A stretch of 58,018 nucleotides of DNA from Candidatus Eiseniibacteriota bacterium (GTDB lineage Bacteria > Eisenbacteria > RBG-16-71-46 > DASYSL01). Position numbers and translations under genes: made by a program. Position 1 is the first letter of the stretch, and each line of letters opens with the position of its first letter. This document shows, in pieces, positions 46,919 to 56,817 of this stretch. Location: the NCBI GenBank assembly GCA_031431875.1, contig JANPEF010000055.1, positions 1 to 58,018 of the forward strand, read 5' to 3'. The notes under the pieces were generated by a model, which saw nothing but the letters and a program-made list of their open reading frames with translations, did not search any database and had not been told where the DNA came from.

Positions 46919-47700
46919 CCTGGTGGTGTGCGGCGACAAACGAGCCCTGGAGTTGGGCGTGGCGGGCCTATCCGGGCGTGTGGCTGTTCATGGTCGCGCT
47001 CGCGGTCGCCGGCGCGGGCATGCTGCGGCGCAACCTCTCGCGCGAAGCGGGCGGGAACGTGCGGCATGCCGGTCGCATCTTCGCATTCAGTGCAGGCACG
47101 CTGTTCACCTGGGCGGCGCTCGACTGGCCGATCGGCACACTCGGCGGCGGCTACCTGCTGGCGGCGCACACTGTGCAGTACGTGCTGCTGACGTTCATCG
47201 CCGCGCCGTTGCTGCTGATCGGATTGCGCCGCGCGCCGGGCGACGGGGCCGGGCTGCCGGGCGTGCACGCGCTGGGATCGCTCGCGCTGTACAGTGCCAT
47301 CGTCGCGGCAACGCACGTGCCGGCGCTGACCGATGCGCTGATGCGCACGCAGTGGGGGGCGGCGGTGATCGACCTGGCGTGGCTCCTCGGTGGGATCGTG
47401 CTGTGGTGGCCGGCGCTCCATCCGGATCCGGCGCGCCGGCTCGCGCCGCCCTTGCGGATGGGCTACCTGTTCGCCTCGACGCTGCTGCCGACCCTGCCGG
47501 CCGCGCTGTTGATGTTCAGCGACTACCCGTACTACGGCGTGTACGAGCTGGCGCCGCGCGCGTTCGGCCTCTCGGCGCACCAGGACCAGCAGCTCGCGGG
47601 CCTCATCATGAAGGTGATCGGCGATCCCATCGTGTGGCTGTCGACCGCGTTCATCTTCTTCCGCTGGCAGGCGGACAGCGAGCGCGAGAGCGAGGACTAA
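46915..47700 (+). CDS. ctaG: Cytochrome c oxidase assembly factor (caa3 CtaG family)
   Basis: Multi-TM. AH.VQ..LL..APLLL.G and [11 protein letters not shown]. Confidence 0.82.
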   Translation: MTWWCAATNEPWSWAWRAYPGVWLFMVALAVAGAGMLRRNLSREAGGNVRHAGRIFAFSAGTLFTWAALDWPIGTLGGGYLLAAHTVQYVLLTFIAAPLLLIGLRRAPGDGAGLPGVHALGSLALYSAIVAATHVPALTDALMRTQWGAAVIDLAWLLGGIVLWWPALHPDPARRLAPPLRMGYLFASTLLPTLPAALLMFSDYPYYGVYELAPRAFGLSAHQDQQLAGLIMKVIGDPIVWLSTAFIFFRWQADSERESED

Positions 47701-48107
47701 GCCTCAGGTGTTCCGGTGTCCTCGGTCCCGCCGAGGGTCCCGGCGCGGGCCGCAGATGCCAGTTTCGCGTAGCGCCGGCGGAAGGCCTCGAGTTGCTCCT
47801 CTTCCAACTCCTCCAGGTCGAGCAGCGCATTGTGCGCGCCCTGCGTCGCGCGGATGAGCTCGTCGAGCTTGATCTGGATCGCCTCGGTGTCGCGGTTCTG
47901 CGTGTTCTGGATGAGGAACACCATGAGAAAAGTGACGATCGTGGTCGCTGTGTTGATCACCAGCTGCCACGTGTCGCTGTAGTGGAACAGCGGGCCGGTG
48001 AGGATCCAGGCGAGGATGGTGAGGGCGGAGAGAGTGAACACGACGGGCCGACCGCAGAAGCGGGCAGCGGCCTTGGCGAACTGGGAGTACCAGGCGACGT
48101 TCTTCAT
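47697..48107 (-). CDS. Low-affinity iron permease (Fet4-like) family protein
   Basis: [39 protein letters not shown]. Confidence 0.9.
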   Translation of the reverse strand: MKNVAWYSQFAKAAARFCGRPVVFTLSALTILAWILTGPLFHYSDTWQLVINTATTIVTFLMVFLIQNTQNRDTEAIQIKLDELIRATQGAHNALLDLEELEEEQLEAFRRRYAKLASAARAGTLGGTEDTGTPEA

Positions 48108-48173
48108 GGGCGGCCTCGCGCGTTTGAGGGTCGGGGGGCGCGTGCAATCGTCCCCGGGTCCGTCGCGGACAGT

Positions 48174-48908
48174 CTAACCGAGCAGGCGGCCCAGATCCTG
48201 GAACGGTGTCGAGCACGGCCGCCCGGCCGCGTGCTGGTACCGCGTCGCGCCCGTAGACCACTCGATCTGCACGAGAGACGACGACACGGTCCCGTGCGGA
48301 TCGGCATGCAGGCACACCGCGCGCGCGCCTTCGTGTGCGGAGAGCGTCGCGACGAGGTCCTCGGGTCGCTTGGGCGGGGCGAGGCGAAGAATCGTGTGCA
48401 CCGCCTCGGCGCGCGGGTCGAACGGATCGTCGACGTCGCCGTGGGTGAGCACGTGCCAGCCGGAAAACAGCTCCTCGACGCGGATGCGGCCGTCCCAGTA
48501 GGCGGCGAAGGCGCCGCGCGCGTCGGCGACGAACAGGGTGAACGGCGCGTAGCGGCAGGTGAGGACCTCGTCCTTCACCCAGTCGACGACTTGGGCGGCC
48601 GAGTCCAGGCGCAGCGCGTCGAGGCACAGGAGCCCGCGCGAGCGATCGGGCTCGCCTCCCGCGGCCCAGCGCTGGGCCTCGGGCCCGACGGTCGGCGTGT
48701 TCCGGTTGAGGATTGCCGCCACGAGCCGCCCGGGCTGCAGGCCGAGCCAGGTGCCGCCGGCGACCGAGTCGCGGCCCGCCACGACGTGCGGCGCGCGCAC
48801 CAGGACGTGGGGCGAGACGGTGGGGCGGGCGAGCGCCTCGTCACGGTTCGCGCCGAGCAGGAGCTGCCCGGCGCGCGGTCGATCGATGCCGACGAGCAGG
48901 GTGCACAT
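48174..48908 (-). CDS. NRDE/TANGO2 family protein
   Basis: MC start, ANRDE, RD..AGGTWLG, SRG, HGTVSS. Confidence 0.9.
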   Translation of the reverse strand: MCTLLVGIDRPRAGQLLLGANRDEALARPTVSPHVLVRAPHVVAGRDSVAGGTWLGLQPGRLVAAILNRNTPTVGPEAQRWAAGGEPDRSRGLLCLDALRLDSAAQVVDWVKDEVLTCRYAPFTLFVADARGAFAAYWDGRIRVEELFSGWHVLTHGDVDDPFDPRAEAVHTILRLAPPKRPEDLVATLSAHEGARAVCLHADPHGTVSSSLVQIEWSTGATRYQHAAGRPCSTPFQDLGRLLG

Positions 48909-49007
48909 GGATCGCAAGGTGCAGGGCCGCGCCCGCGTGGTCAAGCGGCAAGACGAAATAGCGTACGAAGGTTGCGAAAGTGAACGTGCAAGGACTACAG
49001 TGCATGC

Positions 49008-49841
49008 ATGGCACCGAACGAACCGCTCGATCCCGACGATGATGAAGTCGAGGCACTGCTGACCGCAGCCGAGGAAGCGCTCGACGCCGGCGACGTCGAC
49101 AAGGCTCTCGACCTGCTGGAGGAACCCGCGCAGGCCGACGATGCCGATCCCGACGTGCGCGCGATGTTCGGACTCGCGCTCTACTACGCCGGCGAATACG
49201 AGGACGCGTTCGAGTGGCTGGAGGAAGCCGTCGCCACCGATCCCGATGACGTCGAGTCGCGCGGTGCACTCGGCGTGTGCCACTTCTTCCGACTCGAGTC
49301 GCTCCCTGCCGAGAAGGAACTGCGCCGCGCGCTGCTCACCGAGCCCGACTGGGCCGAGGCGCATCACTGGCTCGGCCGCGTGCTCGAATGGCGCGGGCGT
49401 TATCCCGAGGCGATGATCGAGTTCCAGAAGGCGTGGCAGCACGACAAGGAGCACTACCCGGTTCCCGAGCGCCTCGACGAGGACGAACTCGACGGCGTGG
49501 TCCATGACGCGATCGAGCCGTTGCCGCCGCGCATCAAGCGCGCTCTCGACGACGTCGCGATCCTGGTCGAGGAGTATCCGTCCGAGGAGTTGCTGAAGGA
49601 GAGCGATCCGCCGCTGCCGCCCGACCTGCTCGGGCTCTTCACCGGGGCCTCGTTCGCCGAGCGCACCAGCATGTCGTCGGGCGTGGAACCAGGGACGATC
49701 CATGTCTTCCGGCGCAACATCGAGCACTTCGGCGGGGCCCGCGCCGAGGTCGTCGACGAACTGCGCGTCACGCTGCTGCACGAGATCGGACACGCCCTCG
49801 GCATGGACGAGGATGAGCTGCACGCGCTGGGGCTCGAATAG
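49008..49841 (+). CDS. TPR plus zincin-like metallopeptidase
   Basis: TPR repeats, LLGLF.G, TLLHEIGH.LG..EDEL...GL. Confidence 0.88.
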   Translation: MAPNEPLDPDDDEVEALLTAAEEALDAGDVDKALDLLEEPAQADDADPDVRAMFGLALYYAGEYEDAFEWLEEAVATDPDDVESRGALGVCHFFRLESLPAEKELRRALLTEPDWAEAHHWLGRVLEWRGRYPEAMIEFQKAWQHDKEHYPVPERLDEDELDGVVHDAIEPLPPRIKRALDDVAILVEEYPSEELLKESDPPLPPDLLGLFTGASFAERTSMSSGVEPGTIHVFRRNIEHFGGARAEVVDELRVTLLHEIGHALGMDEDELHALGLE

Positions 49842-49870
49842 CGCTCGAATCGCACCGGAATAGCGTGCCC

Positions 49871-50641
49871 TCAGCGCGTGATCAGCTCCAGCAGTCGGGC
49901 ATGCAGCGCCGGGTGCGCCGCCATACCCGTTCTCGTCGGCCAGCCCGCCGCACCCTTCCAGTCGGTGAACGTCGCGCCCGCTTCCTCGAACAGCACGGGG
50001 AAAGGCGCGATGTCCCACGCCGCCACGTCATGCTCGAACCACGCGTCGACCACTCCCGAGAGCACCAGCGCCGGGCCCCACGCATCGCCGTAGCCGCGCG
50101 CCAGCGCGACCGTATCCACCAGCCGTTCGAATGCGATGGGGCCCAGGCCGCGCACCGCGTTATCGAGCTGGCCCAGCGTGATGAACGCATCGGCCGGCGT
50201 CGCGGCTTCCGTGCGCACCGCGAGGCGCACGCCATCCTTCCACGTCCCGAGCCCGCGCGCGGCGCCGTAGAGCTCGCCGAGCGCGGGCAGGTGCATGACG
50301 CCGACGACGATGCGACCGTCGGCCTCGAGTGCGATCAGGTTCGACCAGTGGGGGAGGCCACGCAGGAACGGGCGCGTGCCGTCGATCGGGTCGACGATCC
50401 AGCGCCGCCCGCTGGGGCCGGTGGTCTCGCCGGATTCCTCGGTGAGGATCGCGTCGTCGGGAAACGCGGCGCGCAGTGCGGCGACGATGACCGCGTCGGC
50501 GGCGTGGTCGGCTTCGCTCACTGGCGAGCGGTCGGGCTTGATCGTCACCTGCGGATCGCGGCGATAGAAGGAGAGCGCGACCTCGCCGGCACGGCGCGCT
50601 GCGGCGAGCGCGACGTCGAGTTCAGGTTGCCAGGCGGGCAT
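49871..50641 (-). CDS. Inositol monophosphatase family (HisN-like)
   Basis: SPVSEAD, TEE, WIVDPIDGT, WDIAP....EEAG. Confidence 0.88.
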   Translation of the reverse strand: MPAWQPELDVALAAARRAGEVALSFYRRDPQVTIKPDRSPVSEADHAADAVIVAALRAAFPDDAILTEESGETTGPSGRRWIVDPIDGTRPFLRGLPHWSNLIALEADGRIVVGVMHLPALGELYGAARGLGTWKDGVRLAVRTEAATPADAFITLGQLDNAVRGLGPIAFERLVDTVALARGYGDAWGPALVLSGVVDAWFEHDVAAWDIAPFPVLFEEAGATFTDWKGAAGWPTRTGMAAHPALHARLLELITR

Positions 50642-50731
50642 GGCGGCTCCGGGTTGCAAGCCTAGCGAGGCGCTAGGGCTTGGATCGTCGCGCGGAGCGC
50701 GGCGCTCAGCCCGCACAGTAGGGGAAAAGTG

Positions 50732-50787
50732 TTGACGGTGTCCGCTGCCGTCGCTACTGTGCCGCAGGCTTGAGAAATAATTCACGA
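50732..50787 (+). promoter_or_regulatory. act operon promoter with Rex-like operator
   Basis: TTGACG-N17-TACTGT, then TTGAGAAATAATTCACGA (50770-50787) against the Rex consensus TTGTGAA-N4-TTCACAA. Confidence 0.7.
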
Positions 50788-50860
50788 CCCCCGCGGAGTA
50801 CCCTCATCGCCGCGGCCGCGTGACGGATCCCTCCGTTCCCCGAGGAATCATCGCCGCCCG

Positions 50861-51448
50861 ATGACACGCACTCGATTCGTCCTGCTGCTTGGGTTCGCCC
50901 TGACGGTCGGCGGACTCTTTTTCGCCGCGAGTTCGCTGCAGGCGGCGAAGCCCACGGACACGCTCAATCCCGGGATCCCGACGAAGCCGACGGGTCCTGC
51001 GATCGAGCAACCCATCGCCTACAGCCACGAGTTGCACGCCGGCAAGCTCGGCATGGACTGCGGCTACTGCCACACCAACGTGGCCAAGTCGGGCATCGCC
51101 AACATCCCGAACGTGTCGACCTGCATGGGCTGCCACACCTACGTGAAGAAGGCGTCGGGGCAGAAGGAGCCAAGCGCCGAGATCGCGAAGCTCACCAAGT
51201 ACTACGAAGACGGCGTGTCGATTCCGTGGGTGAACATCCACCAACTGCCGGACCACGCGAACTTCAATCACAAGCGCCACGTCAAGGCGGGCGTCGCCTG
51301 CCAGACCTGCCACGGTCCGGTCGAGACCATGCCGGTCGTCTACCCGGTGGTGAAGCTGCAGATGGGCTTCTGTGTCGATTGTCACAAGGCCAACCGCGAG
51401 AACGTCAAGGCACCGGCGAGTCTCGACTGCGTCGTCTGTCACAAGTAG
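50861..51448 (+). CDS. actA: Alternative complex III pentaheme cytochrome c
   Basis: Five CXXCH motifs and an N-terminal anchor. Confidence 0.92.
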   Translation: MTRTRFVLLLGFALTVGGLFFAASSLQAAKPTDTLNPGIPTKPTGPAIEQPIAYSHELHAGKLGMDCGYCHTNVAKSGIANIPNVSTCMGCHTYVKKASGQKEPSAEIAKLTKYYEDGVSIPWVNIHQLPDHANFNHKRHVKAGVACQTCHGPVETMPVVYPVVKLQMGFCVDCHKANRENVKAPASLDCVVCHK

Positions 51449-51461
51449 GACCGGAACCTTC

Positions 51462-54400
51462 ATGAGCGACGATATCCACGAGCAGCCGCTGCCCCTCAAG
51501 CGGCGTGAGTTCCTCAAGCTGGTCGGCGTGGCCACCGCGGCCACCGCCGGTGCCGGCTGCCTGGAGTTCCCGCCGCCCAACGAGCTGATCCAGCCGTACG
51601 TCACCGCGCCCGAGAACATCATCCCGGGCGTGGCCACGTACTACGCCTCGACCTGTCGCGAGTGCCCGGCCGCCTGCGGCCTGCACGTCAAGACGCGCGA
51701 AGGACGGGCGATCAAGCTCGAGGGGAACCCGTCGCATCCGGTCAACCTGGGTTCGCTGTGCGCGCGCGGCCAGTCGGCTCTGCAGGGCCTGTACAACCCC
51801 GATCGTCACGCCCATCCCAAGCAGCGCCAGGCCGACGGCTCCTTCAAGGAGATCACCTGGGAGGAGGCCGAGGCGCTTCTCGTCGAGAAGCTCGCCGCTC
51901 CCGCCGGTGCGGTCCAGTTCTGGACCGGGCAGGAGACGGGCACGCGCGCCGCGCTGTACGACGCGTTCATCGGCGCGCTGGGCTCGGCCGACCGCATCGT
52001 GCACGAGCCGTTCGCCTGGGAGGCGCTACGTGAGGGCAATCGCCTCGCGTTCGGGCGCGCCGAAATCCCGACCTACGACTTCGCGGCGGCCGGCAGCGTG
52101 TTCACGCTCGGCGCCGACTTCCTCGAGACCTGGCTGTCGCCCGTCGAGTACGCGCGCACGTTCGCGACGCGCCATGGCGGGAGCACGACCGACGCGGGCC
52201 GTCTCGTCGCCTTCGAATCGCGCCTGTCGCTGACCGGCTCGAACGCCGACGAGTGGGTCGCGATCAAGCCCGGCACCGAGGCGCTGGCCGCACTCGCCAT
52301 GGCGCAGGTCATCGTCGCCGAGGGCCTGGCCAAGGGCTCGACCGGCGGGCTCGACCTCACGCCGTACGCGCCCGCAAACGTGGCCGAGCAGGTGGGCGTT
52401 CCCGCCGAGGTGCTCGTTCGCCTGGCGAGGGAGTTCGCCGCCAACGGGCCCGGCCTGGCGATCGCCGGCGGCGTGCAGGCGCAGAGCGCCCGCGCGACGC
52501 ACGCGGTCGTCGCCGCCAACGTCCTCACGTCGGTCGGCGGGGGGCTCGGCAGCGCACTCCACTTCGGCCGCACGCTCGACCTCGGCCGCACGCACGCGCC
52601 GCGCGATCTCGCGCCGGCGATCGAGCGCATGAACGGCGGCGGCGTCGGCGTGCTGCTGGTGCACGGCACGAATCCGGCGTACTCGCTGCCGGGCGCGCTC
52701 GGCTTTGCGGCCGCGGCGGGCAAGGTGCCTTTCAAGGTGTCGTTCTCGATCGATCCCGACGAGACAGCGCAGCTGTGCGACCTGATCCTGCCCGATCATC
52801 ACCCGCTCGAGTCGTGGGGGGACGCGCAGGCGTGGACCGGGGTGCGCTCGCTCCTGCAGCCGGCCATGCGCCCCGTGTTCAAGACGAAGAGCACGCCCGA
52901 CGTGCTGCTCGCCGCGGCGAAGACCCTGGGCAGGACGCCGGGCCTCCTCGCCGCCGCGACGTGGCGTGACGTGCTGACCGCGGCGTGGGGTGGACCGGGC
53001 GCGGCGTGGGACGCGGCGCTCGCGGCCGGCGGTTCCTTCGCCGTGGCATCCGCCGCACCGGCGCTCGCGCTCTCGGGTGGCCTGGCGGGCGTGGGCTTCA
53101 GCGTGGCCGAACTCGGCGGCGATGCCGCGGGCACGCCGCTGGTGGTCTACGCGTCGCCGAACATGTACGACGGTCGCGGCGCCAACAAGCCGTGGCTGCA
53201 GGAGCTGCCCGACCCGGTGACCAAGGTCGTGTGGGACCACTGGGTCGAGATCCATCCCGACACGATGACGAAGCTCGGTCTCAAGCGCGGCGATCACGTT
53301 GCGCTCAAGACGCCCGCGGGCACGCTCGAGACCGCCGCGTACGACTACATCGGCATCCGGCCCGACGTCTTCGCCGTGGCCACGGGTCAGGGTCATACCG
53401 CCGACGGCGGTCGCTACTGGAAGCGCGGCGGCAACGTCGCCGGCTTCCTACCGGCCACCTACGACGACGCGTCGGGTGGGCTCGCCTACGTCGCGGTCAA
53501 GACGACGCTGGCGAAGACCGGCAAGAAGTACAAGCTCGCCTACCTCGGCGGCGATCCCTACACCGGCGGCCAGTCGCGGCAGATGGGGCGTGGCATCGCG
53601 CAGGCCATCCCGCTGACCGTGGTCACCGGCAAAGCCGACGCCCACGGCGCGGCCGCGCACGGCGAAGGCGGCCACGGCGACCCGGCGATGCACAAGCCCG
53701 GCTTCGTCGGCTCGCCGGTGCCCGCCGACCCGATCGCCAGTGCCGCGAAGGAAGCGCCGAACTCGGCGTATGCGCTGCACGCCAAGCACAAGTGGGGCAT
53801 GGTCGTCGACCTCAACTCGTGTAACGGCTGCCAGGCCTGTGTCATCGCCTGCAGCGCCGAGAACAACGTCGCGTTCGTCGGCAAGGAGCAGGTCGACAAG
53901 GGCCGCGAGATGATGTGGCTGCGCATCGAGCGCTTCTACGAGGAGCATGACGGAAAGCTCGAGGTCCGCCACGTGCCGGTCATGTGCCAGCACTGCGGCG
54001 CGGCTCCGTGCGAGAGCGTGTGCCCGGTGTACGCGACCTATCACAACCCCGAAGGCCTCAACGCGATGATCTACAACCGTTGCGTGGGGACCCGCTACTG
54101 CAGCAACAACTGCCCGTACAAGGTCCGCGCCTTCAACTGGTTCCACTACGATTTCCCGGCGCCGCTGAACTGGCAGCTCAACCCCGACGTCACGGTCCGC
54201 GACAAGGGTGTCATGGAGAAGTGCACGTTCTGCGTGCAGCGCATCCGTGACGCCAAGGACCACGCGAAGGACGAGGCCCGCAACGTCCGCGATGGCGAGA
54301 TGGTCACCGCGTGCCAGCAGACCTGTCCGGCGCAGGCGATCGTGTTCGGCGACCTGATGGACTCGGAGAGCCGGGTGAGACAGCTGGTCGACCACGATCG

Positions 54401-54482
54401 CGGCTACAAGATCTTCGAGGAGATCAACACCTACCCCGCGGTCACCTACCTGAAGAAGGTGACCCGCGACGTGCCGGTCTGA
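51462..54482 (+). CDS. actB: Alternative complex III molybdopterin-oxidoreductase-like/Fe-S subunit
   Basis: Tat signal KRREFLK followed by Cys. [12 protein letters not shown]. Four C-terminal Fe-S motifs including CVGTRYC.NNCP. Confidence 0.92.
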   Translation: MSDDIHEQPLPLKRREFLKLVGVATAATAGAGCLEFPPPNELIQPYVTAPENIIPGVATYYASTCRECPAACGLHVKTREGRAIKLEGNPSHPVNLGSLCARGQSALQGLYNPDRHAHPKQRQADGSFKEITWEEAEALLVEKLAAPAGAVQFWTGQETGTRAALYDAFIGALGSADRIVHEPFAWEALREGNRLAFGRAEIPTYDFAAAGSVFTLGADFLETWLSPVEYARTFATRHGGSTTDAGRLVAFESRLSLTGSNADEWVAIKPGTEALAALAMAQVIVAEGLAKGSTGGLDLTPYAPANVAEQVGVPAEVLVRLAREFAANGPGLAIAGGVQAQSARATHAVVAANVLTSVGGGLGSALHFGRTLDLGRTHAPRDLAPAIERMNGGGVGVLLVHGTNPAYSLPGALGFAAAAGKVPFKVSFSIDPDETAQLCDLILPDHHPLESWGDAQAWTGVRSLLQPAMRPVFKTKSTPDVLLAAAKTLGRTPGLLAAATWRDVLTAAWGGPGAAWDAALAAGGSFAVASAAPALALSGGLAGVGFSVAELGGDAAGTPLVVYASPNMYDGRGANKPWLQELPDPVTKVVWDHWVEIHPDTMTKLGLKRGDHVALKTPAGTLETAAYDYIGIRPDVFAVATGQGHTADGGRYWKRGGNVAGFLPATYDDASGGLAYVAVKTTLAKTGKKYKLAYLGGDPYTGGQSRQMGRGIAQAIPLTVVTGKADAHGAAAHGEGGHGDPAMHKPGFVGSPVPADPIASAAKEAPNSAYALHAKHKWGMVVDLNSCNGCQACVIACSAENNVAFVGKEQVDKGREMMWLRIERFYEEHDGKLEVRHVPVMCQHCGAAPCESVCPVYATYHNPEGLNAMIYNRCVGTRYCSNNCPYKVRAFNWFHYDFPAPLNWQLNPDVTVRDKGVMEKCTFCVQRIRDAKDHAKDEARNVRDGEMVTACQQTCPAQAIVFGDLMDSESRVRQLVDHDRGYKIFEEINTYPAVTYLKKVTRDVPV

Positions 54483-54492
54483 GAGGGCGATC

Positions 54493-55815
54493 GTGTCGAC
54501 TTTGACTTACAAGAAGGTCAACGAGGACTTCCTCTCGCTCCTCCGCAACCCCACGAAGGCGTGGTACATCCTGTTCGCGCTGGACCTGCTGGTCCTCGCC
54601 TTCGGGGCGGCCTGCTGGATCTACCAGATCCAGACGGGCATGGGCGCCGCCGGCAAGATGCGGCCGGTGATGTGGGCGCTCTACATCACGGACTTCGTGT
54701 TCTGGGTCGGCATCGGCCACGCCGGGACGCTCATCTCGGCCGTGCTCTTCCTGTTCCGCTCGCGATTCCGCAACGCGATCTACCGCACCGCCGAAGGCAT
54801 GACCGTGTTCGCCGTCATGACCGCCGGGCTGTTCCCGCTCATCCACCTGGGCCGTGTGTGGTTCTTCTACTGGCTCCTGCCATACCCGAACCAGCGCGGG
54901 CTGTGGCCCAACTTCCGCTCGCCGCTCGAGTGGGACGTGTTTGCCGTCTCGACCTACCTGACGATCTCGTCGGTATTCTTCTTCGTCGGCCTGATCCCCG
55001 ACCTGGCTGTGGCGCGCGAGAACGCGGTTGGCCTGCGCAAGAAGATCTACACGCTGGCCTCGCTGGGCTGGCGCGGCACCGACCGCCAGTGGAAGCACTA
55101 CAACAGCGCCTACATCTACTTCGCCGCCCTCGCGACGCCGCTGGTGTTCTCGGTCCACTCGGTCGTGTCGTGGGACTTCGCGATGTCGGTCAACCCGGGC
55201 TGGCACGGCACGATCTTCGCGCCGTACTTCGTGGCCGGCGCCATCTTCTCGGGGATCGGCATGGTGATCACGCTCATGGTTCCCATGCGCAAGATCTTCG
55301 GGCTCGAGAAGTACCTGACCGACTGGCACTTCGACTCGATGGGCAAGATCCTGCTCTTCACGTCGCTGATCGTGACCTACGCCTACGCGACCGAGATGTT
55401 CATGGCGTGGTACTCGGGAAACATCTTCGAGAAGAGCGTGTTCTGGGATCGCGCCTTCGGCCCGGTCGGCTGGGCGTACTGGATCATGGTCCTGTGCAAC
55501 TGCCTGATCCCGTTGCTCTGCATCAAGAAGTCGATGCGCACGAATGTGTGGGGGATGTTCATCATCTCGATCTTCGTCAACATCGGGATGTGGTTCGAGC
55601 GCTTCGTCATCATCGTGCAGTCGCTGTCGCACAACTTCGACCCGTGGGTGTGGCGCATGTACCAGCCCACCCTGGTGGACGTGGGGGTCTCGATCGGGTC
55701 GTTCGCCTGGTTCGGGATGTTCTTCCTGTTGTTCATCAAGTTCCTGCCGGCCATGGCGATCGTGGAGATGAAGGAAATCCTCCCGGCGCCGCGCAAGAAT
55801 GCGAGTGCGGCATGA
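54493..55815 (+). CDS. actC: Alternative complex III quinol-oxidising membrane subunit (NrfD/PsrC)
   Basis: FVFWVGIGHAGTLISA, IHLGR.W, SPL.WD, GMWFERF. Confidence 0.94.
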   Translation: MSTLTYKKVNEDFLSLLRNPTKAWYILFALDLLVLAFGAACWIYQIQTGMGAAGKMRPVMWALYITDFVFWVGIGHAGTLISAVLFLFRSRFRNAIYRTAEGMTVFAVMTAGLFPLIHLGRVWFFYWLLPYPNQRGLWPNFRSPLEWDVFAVSTYLTISSVFFFVGLIPDLAVARENAVGLRKKIYTLASLGWRGTDRQWKHYNSAYIYFAALATPLVFSVHSVVSWDFAMSVNPGWHGTIFAPYFVAGAIFSGIGMVITLMVPMRKIFGLEKYLTDWHFDSMGKILLFTSLIVTYAYATEMFMAWYSGNIFEKSVFWDRAFGPVGWAYWIMVLCNCLIPLLCIKKSMRTNVWGMFIISIFVNIGMWFERFVIIVQSLSHNFDPWVWRMYQPTLVDVGVSIGSFAWFGMFFLLFIKFLPAMAIVEMKEILPAPRKNASAA

Positions 55816-56324
55816 GCAAGAAATTGTCCGGAGTCCTGGCGGTGTTCGAGCACGTCGACACGACGATCGACGCGATCCGTGCGCTCAAGAAGGACAAGCG
55901 CAAGCTGACCGTGATGACGCCGGTGCCCAACCACGAGATCGCCGAGGAGATCGACGACACGCAGTCGCCGGTGCGCCTGTGCACCTTCGTCGGCGGCCTG
56001 GTCGGCGGCATTCTCGGCTTCGCGCTGTGCGCCTTCACGTCGCTCGACTGGCCGCTGATCACCAACGGCAAGGAGATCCTCTCGATCCCGCCATTCATGA
56101 TCATCACCTTCGAGTGCACCATTCTGTTCGGCGGCCTGACCAACCTGGTTGCCATGCTGTTCTTCTCGGGCCTGCCCAGCCTCGACGTGTCGGAGGGCTT
56201 CGATCCGCGCTTCACCGAGGATCGCTTCGGCATCTGGGTGCCCTGCGGCAAGGACGAGGCCGAGCAGGTGGCCGGCGTGCTCCGGGCGAACGGGGCGGAG
56301 GAGGTTCGTGTTGACGCAGCGTAG
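55812..56324 (+). CDS. actD: Alternative complex III subunit (DUF3341)
   Basis: Two TM helices, DWPL...GK, ITFE.TIL, DPRFTEDRF. Confidence 0.9.
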   Translation: MSKKLSGVLAVFEHVDTTIDAIRALKKDKRKLTVMTPVPNHEIAEEIDDTQSPVRLCTFVGGLVGGILGFALCAFTSLDWPLITNGKEILSIPPFMIITFECTILFGGLTNLVAMLFFSGLPSLDVSEGFDPRFTEDRFGIWVPCGKDEAEQVAGVLRANGAEEVRVDAA

Positions 56325-56817
56325 GATCCTCTCCGTCACGGCGGTCGCGGTGGGCGTGCTCTCGCTCGGCTGGGCGACCGGGCTGCTGTCCCTGCCGTGG
56401 ACGCACGATCTCGACCGGCAGCCGTCGATCAAGCCGCAGGAAATGCCCCTGCTGCCGCCCGAGGGCGTCGTGCCGGTCTCCGGCCACGTCGACGACGGTG
56501 CGCGCGAGAACGTCGACAAACTGGTGAACCCGGTCGTGGCCGACACGACGTCGCTGCGCAAGGGCGAGCTCGCCTACTCCACCTTCTGCACGCCCTGTCA
56601 CGGCCCGAAGGGTATCGGCAACGGCGCGGTCGCGAAGAGCCTGCCGATCCCGCCCGTCGATCTCACGCGCGCCGACCTCCAGGCCGGTCGCTCCGACGGC
56701 TCCATCTATTTCACGATCCGCCACGGCAACGTGATCATGCCGGGCTACGCTCATGCGTTGACTCCCGAGGAGGCCTGGCAGGTGGTCCACTACGTGCGGA
56801 CGTTGCGAGCGCAATGA
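56311..56817 (+). CDS. actE: Alternative complex III monoheme cytochrome c
   Basis: CTPCHG, MPGY, W.VVHYVR. TTG start after GGAGGAGG. Confidence 0.88.
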   Translation: MTQRRILSVTAVAVGVLSLGWATGLLSLPWTHDLDRQPSIKPQEMPLLPPEGVVPVSGHVDDGARENVDKLVNPVVADTTSLRKGELAYSTFCTPCHGPKGIGNGAVAKSLPIPPVDLTRADLQAGRSDGSIYFTIRHGNVIMPGYAHALTPEEAWQVVHYVRTLRAQ

